From assembly GCA_964035545.1 (NCBI GenBank), contig OZ037765.1, forward strand, positions 4,412,698-4,476,697: a stretch of DNA of 64,000 nt. The letters are read 5' to 3'. Under the pieces are notes generated by a model. It worked only from the letters and a program-made list of their open reading frames with translations, had not been told where the DNA came from and searched no databases. This document shows, one piece after another, positions 32,401-46,720 of the stretch. Numbering within the stretch: the first letter of the stretch is position 1; the number at the start of each line of letters is the position of its first letter. This DNA is from Bugula neritina. Taxonomy: Eukaryota > Animalia > Bryozoa. A program made the position numbers and the translations under genes.

Positions 32401-35400
32401 TCACAGCTGGTTGTTATCATTTTGCTCTATAAACTTGACGTGTGTAAATGGAAAATGTCCTTTTTTACCCCTCAACTCTCCCTCCCACTGTCCATTAACA
32501 GGAGTGGCTGTAACACTTATTATATCGCCAACCTGTAATGAGACTGCATGCTAGACCCTGCATACACATTGCATACACACCTACAATAATGATACGGAAA
32601 CTACACCTATTTTGTATATAAGACACACAAGAATGGCTGTTGCTATATTAATTGCTCAACAAAACAGTTAGTTTTAAAATGAGTTGCCCTCAAGCTTACA
32701 GGTAAAACTAATACAAATAGTCAAGATCTGATTGGTCTAGATTTCACAGCTCAAGTTTAGTTAGTTCTCCTGTTGAATCATTCCTAATCCACCCTTCACA
32801 TTAGTTACACATGTTTACAAAAGTATACACTCTACGAATTCCACTATTCATAGTGTTTGGTTAGTCAAATTACTAATTTTGTGAATGACAACTCCAAAAA
32901 TTGGCACTGTAATGTAACTAAAAAGCTAAATATTAAGAGCATTGACATATAAGCTTTAGATTCATTAATTGCGAGTATGAAAATTTCTGACCTCAAGTTT
33001 TAAAGCTGTCTTGTCATAGGCGTTGGGTATCCGTGGTGTTATGACCTTGGCATACGCAGGTAATGTCTTGGGTCTGGGTTGACTCAGGCTAGAGGGCGAG
33101 TTTATAATGGGATCTTGAGATGGGGGAATAGCGTGCTGTTCTTCTACATACTACAAAAATGTTAGAGATTTTCCATTAAAAGAAAACAACTCCGTGTAAC
33201 ACAATTCTGCTGACAAGTAATGGATTTGGATGCACAGGAGAGTAAGTTACATCAGGATAAAAGCATATATTGTGAAAACTTATGCAAAAAGGAAGGATAA
33301 CTCTAGAATGACGATCAACAGCCTTTTTTAATGGCTTTATTATTCAATAGCAAGCATAGATTGAAAGCATACAGAAATACTACATCACAATATGCTTTGA
33401 ACTAGCAGTTCTGGTATAATAAATCAACAATTACTTTGAAAAGAAGAACTTCCTTATTCAATGACATCTACACTACACCTATATAGTCAAAACTATCATA
33501 ATACTATGTGGATGTTAATAGTGTCAAGTCAATACATGCCCTATTTTATTACACAGACCAGCAAATCTCAGTGTATATGAATTTATACCATTACAAAATA
33601 GAAGTTAAATTTAAAAACAAAAAAGATATTTACACTCATAGAAATTAACACAGTTCAAGTTTCTTTCCCTACAACAGGGCAAATAGTTGTACCACATGTA
33701 TATGCCGTGTACATGCTACAAGTTGACACAGAGATGAACCTATATCTCTGGGGAGATTAGGAGGGAGTAAACAGAATCTTAAAGGCAACAATTCCCACAT
33801 CATTAGATGTTGAAATGTAGTTGTTTGACAGGTGAACATAAGGCAGGGTATGTGTGCTAGTAGAAACTGTGTGACGTTGAGTGGAGTACTAGTGTTTTGC
33901 TCACCAACCACTCACAATATATCAGACCAAACCTGACTGCACTCAGCTGACAGCTGCTTTCAACTGAAACGGTTTTGTCATAACAGCAAACACAGCTGAG
34001 CTGGCAGCACTTCCAGGAAACACAACATGGAGGTTGTAAGAGGCAGCAAGACTTTACATGAGTCTATCATTGTGTGTGTAGAAACATGTCATTGTGAATA
34101 TTTCTCATTTCTACCTACTGGCTGTGTAATAGACCATTTCAGCTACTAGAAGCTCTATTTCTTAGCAACCTGTCTTATCTTAAGGCAATTATTATTTATT
34201 CAAGTAGCTAAACCTAAGAGAGCTTGAGCACACAAAGAATTATCTAACAATGGCTAAACTGATAGCCTGCTGTGAAAGTGGACACAGTAACCTACCACTT
34301 CAATGTAGGGTACGGGAATGGAGCCTTCCGCCCCTTTGCTGTTTCGGGCCGTCCACCACGATTCCTCGTCTTTCTTGACTATCGTCAGGATCTCATCCTT
34401 CCTGAATGGCAAATCGTCTGGATCCTACATGACAGAGATGGCAACTAGCAGGGCAAACTAGCAATTAGCAACCAAAATGGTCAACTCTTGAATGCAGAGA
34501 GCTATTTAAAGGCCATTCACAGCTTGTGTAAACAACATAATATATGAGGGAGGTATTTAGAGTTAACAGCAGTTCATAGAGCGCCACCATACAAAATATA
34601 ACAACACATGGAATCTGAAGCAGGTCTGATGTGATATTATAACTGTAGCATCTGGTCAACACAAGCATGGGCCTCTCATTCCCCCCCCCCTACCAACACC
34701 AGATCTTGGATGCAGCGGTACACCAGTCTTTAAAAACTTCACAACATACAATTGTGTATTAACATGCAAAACTGCTCACCAAACTAACAGTCAACATTTA
34801 GACTTAAGGGATCTAGTGGGATGGGTTCAAATTGAAGGGGTTGTGGGGTACTTAATAACATACAGTGGTATCCTCCTTAGAAGTAAAGAAAATTACATTT
34901 ACTGAACCTATTATGATATGCAGATGCTATTCTATAGAAAATGTAGAGAGTGAGAGAGCAGCTATTACAGCACATCAGCAGTCTACAGATTTTCAAGTTT
35001 ATCCAGCAGAGCTCTGATAGGCCTACTGTTGGGCTACTTATATGAAGACGAAGACGAAAGCTGCACTCACCCTGCCATCAAAGTCGTATCGCGCAATAAC
35101 CTGGATTTCCTCCTTTTCAGCCGGCCGAATTAAGGACGTTGTGTCCAAGTAGTGTGTTTTGTAGAAGTTGAGCAAACTGGGTATGTCAGGGAAATCCTGG
35201 TCTCCTATCCTGAACCTTGACCCCGAGTCTGTCGGCAGCTTATTGATTATATAATGCGAGACTTTCTGATCCTCCCTGGTAACATACAGGATATGATGTC
35301 ATAGTAACATACAGGATATGATGTCATACAACACTTTATAGTAACATATGGGATATGACGCCATAGTAACATACAGGATGTGATGTCATACAATACTCCA

Positions 35401-36728
35401 TAGTAACATACAGGATATGATGTCACACAATACTTCATAATAACATACAGCATGTGATGAATAACCAATCAAAATGCCACAAAAGAACTTTTCAAAGCTA
35501 ATGTGGAGAAAATTTCACATTTACTTTTATTCAAAACGAATAAAAAATAATTGTAGCTTTTGCAAGAAAGAGCCATAAAGTGAATGAAAGCCATAAATTT
35601 TGTATAACTAGGGAAAGTCAATAACTGACTAGATGATGTATATCTCATCACCATCTAGTAGAAATCATAGACGCAGGAACCAGTTTGTATAACCTGATGT
35701 TGCGAGGAAAAAAAACAGAACACTATTATTACTCAGAGTGCAGCCAAAGCAGCTAACTAGCTGGACATACATAGGGCTAGTGATGTACACAGGTAACAGC
35801 AGGCTTAGTAACCTGCAGTGTTGATAGTAGACATACCTTACACACAAGACGAATTCACCAATCATAGTGGAGCTGTCTCTCACGAGAAAAGTACCACTGT
35901 CGACTCTCTCGTTTAATATCTGATTAGCTGCATCTCTGCCGATGTTTCCAAAGTACCAACTAAACACATGAGAGAAATACCTGATCAGACCACTAGTAAA
36001 GATGTTGGTAAAACTTACATAAAACGAAAATTCAGATATCAATTCACATTTACAAGTTTTCAACTTCCAATTTATATTATTTCAAGAGCAGTTGCTCAAT
36101 TAAAAGTGCAACTGAAAGTAGTGGAACTACACAACTTGATGCGGGCTTGCCGTTGAAATGTAACTTGACTTACGGAGGGAGGAATTAGCACAAAACAAAA
36201 CAACAGAACATACAAGACAATGAGTAAAACAGGCACACAAAAGCATAGTTAATAACTATGAATATCTCCATTCAGTTAATAAAAAAAACCTTACCATTAC
36301 TACATCCACAAAACTGCTACAACAAAGTTGACAATATTTACAACAGTTCACAAAAACTTGAACTTTGAACTTTTTTAATAAATGGAGTAAACCTTATCAT
36401 TAGTGGTGTTTTAGGGAGCAGCCGTCGTCTAGGGGTTAGGGCGTTTGCTAAGCAAACACGAAGTCATGGGTTAGAACCCTAGTAAAGGTCATTGGTGATG
36501 TTAGGAAGAGCATCCAGTTATAATTGCTCCTGTGCCACATCTGAGTAAGTCCTTAGCCCGATTTAACAAAAAAAACCTTTCCATCAGGGGTTTCTCACAG
36601 GGATGGTGACTATAAACTTGCGTGAATGTCTTATCAATAGTGGGTTTTCGCAATTTCTATTTACAAAAGGTAGAAGTGTTTGAGGCTTACCGAGACCGAT
36701 CTGTTTGGTCAAAGTCAGCCATGGCCAT
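32401..36728 (-). CDS. CRK: Adaptor protein Crk/CrkL (SH2-SH3-SH3)
   Basis: Exons 36728-36691, 35959-35837, 35275-35071, 34424-34296, 33150-32992, 32532-32401. [48 protein letters not shown]...[17 protein letters not shown]...[16 protein letters not shown]. Confidence 0.96.
35278..35460. repeat. Minisatellite (AACATACAGGATATGATGTCATAGT variants) abutting a CRK acceptor
   Basis: About 6 units of 25-37 bp. Confidence 0.85.
36414..36626 (+). mobile_element. tRNA-derived SINE, copy 4 (CRK intron)
   Basis: Full-length copy with ~20-bp imperfect TSD CTTATCATTAGTGGTGTTTT / CTTATCAATAGTGGGTTTT. Confidence 0.9.
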
Positions 36729-37674
36729 TTTGTCAACTATGTTTAAAGTACACTATCACGACCAATGCACTGCAGTCATCTATTACGCCATAAAATATTT
36801 GAAAAGAAACTTGTAAGACTTTGGAGTGTAAAGCAATTCTAAAACAATAAACAAAAAATAACTAGAAACATCTGCAATAATATACTATAATTCCTAAACA
36901 TGGAAGGAAATGAAATATCTGAGATCGAATGTACCATTATTCTGTCTGTTGATACACTTACATAAACTTCAAAATTATTAGTTTATGGTTATGATTATCA
37001 TAAGTTATGAGTTTAATTAGAAATAGAAATTACAAGTAAGAATAAATGTGAATGGCAATGACAAGCTGATACTTGAAATCTATGACATACTGATCATTGA
37101 AATTTATATTGAACTTGATGGAGTGTACCTGTAAAAGCTGGTATCACTATGACTATGAATATTACTATCAGTAACAATTTCAAGTATTACATAAAACTAC
37201 TATTACTATTAGTAGCAATAAGTATTAGTATAACTGTAAGGCCAAGTCAATGCAGCAATCAGTATAAAACAAAAAATCTAATGAGCTGAGGTTTGCTCAA
37301 ATTTACATTTTATTATAATATCAACTAATACAGAATATATTCAGGGTGATTCATATAATTTTATAATAACTGTTAATATAAATTCTAATATAATAATTAG
37401 GTAAATCGATCCGGAATTAATTTCCTAAGCTAATGATTATGATAATCAGAATGTCAATGATAATCATAATGATAATGTGAATGAAAATGAATATCAATAT
37501 GAATAATTTGAATATGAGTAGCAGTCACAGTGATAGTCATACTGTTATCAGTGTTATGACATATGATTAAACTTAAAGCTAGTGCCTAGGGCTTTGCCTA
37601 TTGCCAGTGGTAAACAAAATTTATCATGAAACTCAAATTGAAAAACAACAGCAATTATTATTCTTATATTACTC

Positions 37675-37972
37675 AATCACCATCATTATCATGTTCATTT
37701 TGATACTCAAGGTCAAACTGAAACTCAAAGTGAAAGTAAGTTAGGTTACTCGAACTTACAGTTACTGTTAGTGTTACTCGAGAGTCGAGGTGAGTTTAAT
37801 TATTACTTCTTAGCTATTACTGATAACTAATAAGTAATAACTAAACTCACCTCGACTTTCGAGTAACACCAACAGTAACTGTAAGTTCGAGTAACCTAAC
37901 TTACTTTCACTTTGAGTTTCAGTTTGACTTTGAGTATCAGAATGAACATGATGATGGTCATGATGGTGATTG
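37675..37972. repeat. Long inverted repeat, ~145-bp arms, 1-nt spacer at 37820
   Basis: Left arm ...GATACTCAAGGTCAAACTGAAACTCAAAGTGAAAGTAAGTTAGGTTACTCGAACTTAC... is mirrored by ...GTAAGTTCGAGTAACCTAACTTACTTTCACTTTGAGTTTCAGTTTGACTTTGAGTATC... Confidence 0.95.
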
Positions 37973-38101
37973 GATTAGATTTAGAATTAGTAAGACTAAG
38001 TGTAACACAGATTCGATTTGAGAATAAGTTGTTAAAACAATTACTTTGCTAACTTATGGAATATGTTGTAAAGGTATAAAAATTAAAGCATATATATTTC
38101 A

Positions 38102-38530
38102 CCTGTGTATTAGGATACTTTCTAAAGTTAATAGTAACCTTTTGAATTGATTCTAGAAAATTAAAAATCCAAAACCGGGGACAGGAAGTTTTCAGTTAAG
38201 TGAAAAAACGGATTGATGGATTAATTGTATACACGACAAAAAGAGCATTCAGGAACTGGGCAAAAAATAATGAAAAACAATTAGTTAGAATTTAAAAATG
38301 TTTTGTTTTGTAAAATTGTATATGATTCACTTGTTGACAAATTTCAATTCGAAATATTCTTGGGCACGTACGGAACCTTCGATCGGTGAAAGCTACTGGT
38401 GTAGAGTTATCTCCCTTGAAACCATTTAAAGTTTGATAGTCACGTGGTTTAGTCGTAAGCGATACAGCAACGCTTTTCCTACCAGCGTATTTGTCTCAAA
38501 GGTGCAAGATCTTTTAATTTGTAATGGATC
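38102..38530 (-). promoter_or_regulatory. Inferred CRK first exon and promoter
   Basis: Donor CAG|GTGAAA at ~38102; CpG-containing region with CAGGAAGT (ETS) at ~38182 and CACGTG (E-box) at 38441. Confidence 0.5.
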
Positions 38531-40180
38531 GTCCCAAATTTTAAGAATATTCTCCAATTTGTGATTGTTGTATAACCTACACTATCCGTTAGATTTTCAT
38601 GCAGTCTACTACTATGAATGACACATATGTAGGAAACATTTCACTTCTTACACCAGCAAGCTTTGTGGAGATTATTACCATAAAAATGTTTACAGTGCCT
38701 TGAGCTCAAATTATAAATAGGCTACTCTCAATATAACGATTTGTAGCAACAATAGCTGTTATATACCACAGGCCTAATCATGCGATTGTTTTAGTGCCAG
38801 TATTTCCTATACGCAGCAGAACAGTTGGAAGTTTTTTTTGATTTGATGTAACAATTAACTCAACAAAATATTTCATATATTACCTTAAAAAAGAAAACAA
38901 AAAATTGCCCGCCTCCACAATCACAGTATCATTGGTATACTTCTTCTATCTATAGTAGTCCATACTAACGTCATACTTGGCTGTGCTAGCATACTAGCCC
39001 ACAGAATTTCCCCCAACTAACAAACACCTTTCAGTCAGCTGCAGCAACTGTTTAGACAGAGATTCAAATAAGCATAACATGTTTCAGCAACTACATACAG
39101 TTGGTGGAACCAGATTTACCTGCGTCTTTCAACAGTTTTTCTGCCTGTGCTACGTTTACTCCTTTACATTAGCTTATATTGAAACCTTATATAAATAAAT
39201 GCTTTTTACACCAGAAGCTATTTCTGTATGCAAGGATTTCATGAATAAGCCCACTACTTAGTTGCTACACATGGTGGGATAACTCTACAGCTGAAAGCAG
39301 CACGGAATGTTTTACTTATATTCAGTGATCACAGAGGGTTATTTTCTCTTCAGTTGTGTAGAAAACTATTTCACATCAAAAATTCTTTGTTCAGAATAAA
39401 GATGAATGTCAGTTGCTTTATAATATTATATTTTCACCGTCCTTATAATCTTAAACTAAAGAATCATTGAAAATGATGAATAAAAGAAAATTAACCACTG
39501 CGAGTGTTCAACACCTGCATACAGAATGTTGCATTTGAATAATACCATCACTTGGAGACAAATAATCATTTGCATGGGGTTAAATAACCAAACACAATAT
39601 TGTTGACTTTAGAGATTTCAAGATCTTGTACTGTAAATGTATGTTTTAAGGGCACCAATGAAAAAAGGTATCAATACATCATACATTATAATATAGAAAA
39701 ACATTGCTAAAATAAGTTTCAGATTGTGCAACAGAATATCAGAAAACCACATCACAAAATACCGCCAGCAAAATGATTGGGGGTGAGCAAAAACAGTCTA
39801 AAATAAATAACATGCATACAGTAGGTAACATAAGTCTATGATTCAACTTTAGGGTTGCAGTTCCCCCTCCCCATAATTTTAAATAGTTGAGATAAAACTA
39901 TTTCATTAAGAAAATACAATAAATAAAATTGCAAAAATGGGCAAATAACTACCTTGATGTTATACAGTAAAGCAAAGCACCGAGTGATTGGGTAAGAATA
40001 TATACTATCAACCAATAAACGCAATGAATGCATTTGACTAGTGGGAGCTCTCAACCAGAGTACTAAAAAGTTGAACTGACCAATGAATATTCTAATTACA
40101 TGAGACTAATTTTGGGGACCTATTATAGAAATAGAGGACATATAAATGCTAAAGAACTAATTTCTAGACAGAGAAATACG

Positions 40181-43100
40181 CTATGAATGAGGGTAGTATG
40201 ATCTTTCTTCTATCAAACCGAGCTCCATTTTGTCTTCAGGATTAGTCATAAAATAGGACATAGAAGGTACATTTCTTAGACTAGGTACCACTTTCATCTT
40301 CTGCAAATAACGGCAATACAAGAGTATAGCCCCGACAACTATGACAAAACACAGGCCCATTAAGTACGGCAGAACCACTCGCGTCTGTCTTGACCAATCA
40401 GACGTCGTAGAAGTGAGGCTGTGAAGATTTCTTCGTCTAAAAGAAAATTAATCAACTTAAAACAATACCTGGGAGTTTTGATCATATCAGTTCAGATAAC
40501 TTCCAATATTAAACTACCAAACAATGCATTACCACAGACCATGAGGGTTTCTCTATTATCTACACACAGTATTAATACTTACTGAAATCTCTTGCCAACA
40601 CAACATACGGTGACTGACACAAGATAAAAAAGGCAAGAGGTTCAGACTAAGAGTTATGTTCCCATGACAACCAGCCAGCCAGCAAGCCTGGTAGCTGTAC
40701 TACTGCATACAAATAAGTAAAAAATATCAACATTAAAAAACACAGTATGAAGAAAGATTTACATCCCATTTCTCCTAAAACACTCACTTGGCGGCGAGAA
40801 ACCTAGTCTTGTGAATAAGAGCACCGAGACTCCATTGCACTTCCTGTCCGTCAATCTGGTCAACGGGGTAAAAGTTTTGAATTTTCCTAGAGAAATGTAG
40901 ACCTGTGTGCAAGACTTCCAAAATCCAAGAGACTTTGAAACACTGAGTTCTGCAAAGAACATGAAATGACTCTAACAAGTGGCATGAAAGTCATGTGACA
41001 ATATTCTATTTTTCTTCTGTTATTATCTAATAACACTTTATTTAATATAATTTTATATCAAAGTAGCAGATTCTACCAAGATAAATATACACATTAGTAA
41101 ATTAGTAAATGTAGGCTGAGACAAGCTACACCAGAGCAGAGTTCAGCCTATCACACATATTATTATATTTCCTGTAGTTGTACCTCATACGAGCCATGTC
41201 AGCATTAGGGTATTCGCTGTTATTCCATTTCCTTTCACTCACAGACCACTGCGTCCCACAATACTCCTTCAATATAAAGACTAGAACAGTTGTAGTAATT
41301 GCTCACCTTTATTCATAGAGCAGATAGCTCTAGTGAAACATATCAGCCATGAAACGCATCAATAAACTAATAGAAGCATTTACTGGTTTTCTTCTACATT
41401 TTGAATACAAAAACAAGAACACAGTTGGGAAACGTAAACAGCTGGTCTAAAGACACAGTTAAGTGACACACATGACAGCCTTGATTGAACCCAGCACATG
41501 CTTTCAGCTTATAAAAATAAACACAACATTCAAAACAGCCAGAAGATGTTTTAATAACACTCTGTTATACCTACAGTTGCTTACCTGGGCTAACTTGAGA
41601 ACTTCCTCATAATTGTAATGACCTTTGATTCCGAGTACATCATTAGTAGAGTAGAAGTACTCGGATATACCGTAGAAGTCAATGGCTGAAGAAATAGCAG
41701 GCTGATAGACTCCATCTAAAGAGCAAGGCTTTGTAGAACAGTGCCTGGTTTGATTAAGTAGTGGAGTGAGATTTGTCATGCAACTCTTGACATTTCCAGT
41801 GCCTTTTAGCTTATACTTGGAGTTCATAAAACTCACTTTTTCTATGGCCCCCAGGCTTTGGCACGGATCTGATAAAGTAGTGCCAGTTGGCGCACTAAAA
41901 GGATAAAACATTGCATGTGGTACAACAAGCCTATGACTATGCTGCACAGTATTTACCAATTCATCTTTTGGTGTGAGTGTGTGTGTGTGTGTGTGCGTGT
42001 GTGTGCGTGTGTGCGTGTGTGCGTGAGTGTGTGAGTGAGTGTGTGCGTGTGTTTTGTAAAGATTCTATTAGAGGAAATGCACATTGAAAAAAAATAATAC
42101 CAACAGGAAATCCGTTGAGCCCTATGCTATCAAGTTGCCAGCAAAATCAAATAGCAAAGATAAACAATGCTACTTTTACATCACAAAACGTTGCACAAGC
42201 ATATATACATATATTGAAAATATCTATGATCATGCAGCCTTTATAAGCTTCCCATCAGTAACCAGCAAACATGGCATACATAAACAAACGTGAGTATGCC
42301 AAAGTCTTACAGAAATAGCTGTGTTATGCCCATTGAACTATAAGTTCAGTTCAGTGGTTATGCCTACCAACTACTTCTGTGAGAATAATATCGTCAACAC
42401 CTTTGCTAGTATTTTATCTTCACTTACTTGCTTACAAGCTTCTGTTGATACCGCTTCAGGACAGAGTTAGCCCCGAATCCAAGGAATGTGGTGACGTAAA
42501 TGTTGTAGTTGTGAAAAGTGTCAGATTTTTGAGAACTAAGGCTAAACTTCATCAGCTGGTCCTTGTTTTTCAATTTTGACTAATAAAAATATTATAACAA
42601 TTTTGTTAGATGAATTTTTTCAATTATTGATGAGCTCAAAGTTAACAGAGTTAGCACTTAAAACCTTAATCTATCAACCTTGTGGGTTTAAAATCCTAAA
42701 TAAAGGCAATAGCCCTGAATTTTAAACATACTTGATCAACTTCAAAGGCTATCTGCAAGGAGCCCCCACCCATATCAACCACTCCAGCTGTAGAGAACTT
42801 AGAGCTACTTCCACCTGGAATTGCAATAATAAATTAGTATCATTACCTGCACTGTATATAAATTATACACACTTTATAACAATTAATTATAACACAAACA
42901 ATTTTCCTCATAGACATAAAATTGTGTAAAGTACGTTTATGCCACATACCATGACATTTCAAATGTACCCCCCACACTTGACGTGGCACATTATAACACT
43001 TACAATTTGCTTCCTCCATGAACTAATTGGAAGTTGAAACACTTCAGTCACGACAGAAGGAAGTGATGCATTTATCATGAAAGAATTGTAAAGTTACGCA

Positions 43101-45372
43101 GGCTTATTAAAAAAAAAAATTTGTGACAGCTTTTTTTATAGTCAACAACTAGTGTTAGACCATATTAACACAAAGAGCTTTGTGGGAGGACAGCTTAATT
43201 GCCTCTAAGTATTAAACAACTAGCTTATAGGGTGTGAGCTAAATAACTGATTCCATCAAACAAGTTTATCTTTATAATTCTTTCCCTGCTTTAAATGTAT
43301 AAATTTCATTAGCATATTTTATAGTGGCAAAAACTACGATAAAAGACAAGTTCAACAAAAAGTGTGATACAAGGTGTTGGATCACTTCAACATACAGTGA
43401 AACAGAAGAGTAAAATTTTACAAAATATACCTTCATTATAAAATATAGCCAAACAGAAGTTAACAAAGTGCAGCTAGCCAAACTACACAGAGTAGGACGT
43501 TTGTCCTGGAATTACAATGTTAAACTGACGCATAAAACAGCAAATGAAATCTAACTAAAAAACTCCCGCACCAAACCTTTAAAACTACCAAACAATATGG
43601 TACTGCCATGCGATAGTATGAGAAGATACTCACGCTTTCTGTGTGATTCTTGTGAGAAACGACCAAGCATATAGTTGAGAGATATCCAGGCATACATTCC
43701 CTCTTCTTTGCCGGATATAACAGATACATGACTTTCATTAAACTCAAAATCATACCATTTAGGCACATCTCTAATGACGTCGTCTAGAATAGCTGACGCA
43801 GACCTATAAATCGGCAGCAACAAGTGCTAGAAGCATTGTTTAGATAATGTACTACGCAGATAACCAATGGCTGTAGGTTTACATATTCATTCAATTAACA
43901 GAGGCATTGTTTAGATAAGTAGATAGATATTCATTAATTATCTTTTTAACATCAAATTGATTTAAGTACAGAATAAAATTAATATATCTATTTAGTTTAA
44001 CATGATACTAGCTTAAAGACCATATCATATCATTAATTAGTTGAACTCACTTTAACCTATTATATACATTAACTAGTGCCTAGCATAATTATGATAAATT
44101 AATGTCTTTTGTGAAGAAGCTAAACACCCACTAATGACACACACATGTCATCCACTCTCACGCATCAGTCGGTAACCATGGCAACTTAAGCCAGAAGAAA
44201 CAAGTATACCGACATATGAAGATGTTGAAATGAAATAAGATCTGCACTGTGTATAGTGCTTGCCTTGCTAAGCCTACTGTAAATCATTGAAGATTAGAGA
44301 GTGCTAATCCAGTTAAAATATTTTCAGTAAACTAAACATGAAAGTCATTCATGTGTTGATCTAAAATATCAATATTTCACTAAAAAGCTGAAACAACCAA
44401 AAGGCATAGTTTTCTCTATTACACCAACATTTTAGATATGAGTCTCATTCCAGCTGTGGCCATGATGTACAGAGGTGTCTCTTTGTGTTTTCCTCTAGGT
44501 ATGTGTTTCGCTGCAAAGTCTAACAACTTCCTTAAATATTCAGCAGCATAAGTAGAGTTGCTACTGTATGTAGACAAGCCTACAAACATACATGGCTCAA
44601 TAAACAGCTGTTTTAATTTGGAGATCAGAGAAAATCAAGATATGAAATGGTAAAAGTCCAATATGAAGAATCTATATCTCATTGCTTTATGAGAATTTCT
44701 AGAGGCTTACCAGGTTTAATCTTGTATGACAGCGGTTTACCATTACTGCCAATCATTTGGTGAATATCAAGTAGTTGGTGTGACCCGCCTCCATGGGGTG
44801 GCCAGAAGTACAGATAAACTCTGCTGCCACTGCTGCCGCAGTCAAAAATAATTCCATAACTTAAAGAATCGTCAGTTGTATCTGTCGGACTTTTGAAATT
44901 GGTGCTGCCTGAAAGTAACAACACAAAGCAAAAAGTCAGCAATTTATAATAACATATTTGCCACAGGAAATATTCTAATTGAAGATTTAACTATTTCTGA
45001 GTTAAATGAGCTCACCTGTGTATTTGGCTTGAATAATTAAAGTTTTGCTACTGTTTTCTCTTTCAATGTGCACAATGACAACAAAAGTTAGTGCAACAAT
45101 TACTGAGAGAAATATAATTAAAAGTCGTCCTCCCTTGTCATTATATAGCAATCGATTACAGGTCATCCTGGTGCCATTTACACAAATTAGAGAACCTCTA
45201 AAAATGCAAGAAATATTTGGTGTATAAAACGCATTCAAGTCACTTGAATGGGTCACAAACATATTTTAAACAATAACTGCAAATATAGATATTGAGATAG
45301 AAGTAGTATAATAGTAGTATAGTATATGAAAAAGTCTTACTTACTGAAGCATGTCTGGTTACTGGAAGGCAT
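40181..45372 (-). CDS. ENTPD4: Ectonucleoside triphosphate diphosphohydrolase, ENTPD4/7 (Golgi apyrase) type
   Basis: N-terminal TM; ACR1 YGIIFDCGSSGSRVY; ACR2 TPLYIMATAGMRL; ACR3 VISGKEEGMYAWISLNY; ACR4 DMGGGSLQIAF; YVTTFLGFGAN; DFYGISEYFY; EVQWSLGA; C-terminal TM. Start codon at 45372 is tentative. Confidence 0.92.
41970..42051. repeat. (GT)n/(GTGC)n microsatellite
   Basis: Directly visible. Confidence 0.9.
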
Positions 45373-46567
45373 AGACTGTCAAACTCTGTAAGTGAGTACA
45401 AATGTATTTAATTATAACACAATACATTTTAGGTAATAATATAATTATAATCTATAAACAAGTGAATGCAGCTTAAAAACTAGAAATTATGCATATATTA
45501 TACTGTTACATCAAGGAAACCTTAACATTTAACAGAAAAATAGAGAATAGCTGTTGATGAGTATAAAAGAATAAAGCTGCAAGTACATGTGGATGGGCAT
45601 TTGTTGTCAAAAACAAAGAATGATAACAGAATGTATTTATTTGCAAAAAAATATTAGAAGAATGCAAATTAAAATTTAACAGCCAAAATGCCAATTAAAA
45701 GAGCAGTTATATTCAAGTCACTTTTTGAGCAATGACTAACATCAACTTGACTGAACAATGACTTGATTCGACTTTTGAACCCATTCTGCCAGTTGAATCC
45801 CTTATTACATCCTAATGAATATATTTATATGCATATAAATAATATTATAAATTATATATATTTATTTTATAATATTAATTGTTTTTATATAAAACCAAGT
45901 CCAATTATTATCATTATTATTATGATAATTATAATAGTAAAGTTATAATTATTGTTCTAACTCATAGTTATACTTCAAGTTTAGTTATCAACTTTTACTC
46001 TCAGTTTAAGCTACAACTATAAATTATTATTGAGCATTACCATTAGTCCTACATTTACTAAATCCAACGCTTATACTAATACTTAAACTTATAGTTACAT
46101 TTATAGTTAATGTTATACTTGTACTATAACTCTAAGTATTACTATTAGTATTAGTATAACTATAAGTTAATGTATAAGTATAACATGACGATAATCTTAT
46201 AGTTACAATAAATAGCATAATTAATCATAATAATAATCGCAATGTTTATCTTTAAAATAATAAATATGTTATTATTATAAATATAATATATTGATATAAT
46301 TATATTAAAATAATTATAATAATATTAATATTCATTAATAATAATTATAATATTATTATTAATATTAATTATTATAATTTAAATTTATAAATATTCAAAT
46401 ACTGAAATAGCATTTACTTTCAATTCCCACTCACATTTTTTTACTAATAGTAATACTAATTCAATCTTTTTTACCGTCTAGGTAAATAACTCGATAGTAA
46501 TGCTTAACAAACTGTATGGCTTATTCAAAGCAACTACAAGTACAAGCTACAATGAACTGACACTCAC

Positions 46568-46720
46568 AATATTAACGTATCTATGATGCATCATCAGAAA
46601 CTGCGATATGAAACCGGAACTGAAAGAAATGAGATTACTATGACGGTCAACAGTTTTTTAAAATTCCACCAATCAACTATAAAAAAAAAGTGTTTGCGTC
46701 GCCAATATCTGAATCACCGA
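46568..46720 (-). promoter_or_regulatory. Inferred ENTPD4 non-coding first exon and promoter
   Basis: Donor ATT|GTGAGT at 46567; ACCGGAAC (ETS-like) at ~46613; local CpG enrichment. Confidence 0.5.

Noticed and set aside
46596-46612. U14 snoRNA domain-A-like sequence (CATATCGCAGTTTC on minus) near RPS13
   Set aside because: Imperfect match, outside the RPS13 introns, no C box at a suitable distance, and inside the inferred ENTPD4 first exon.
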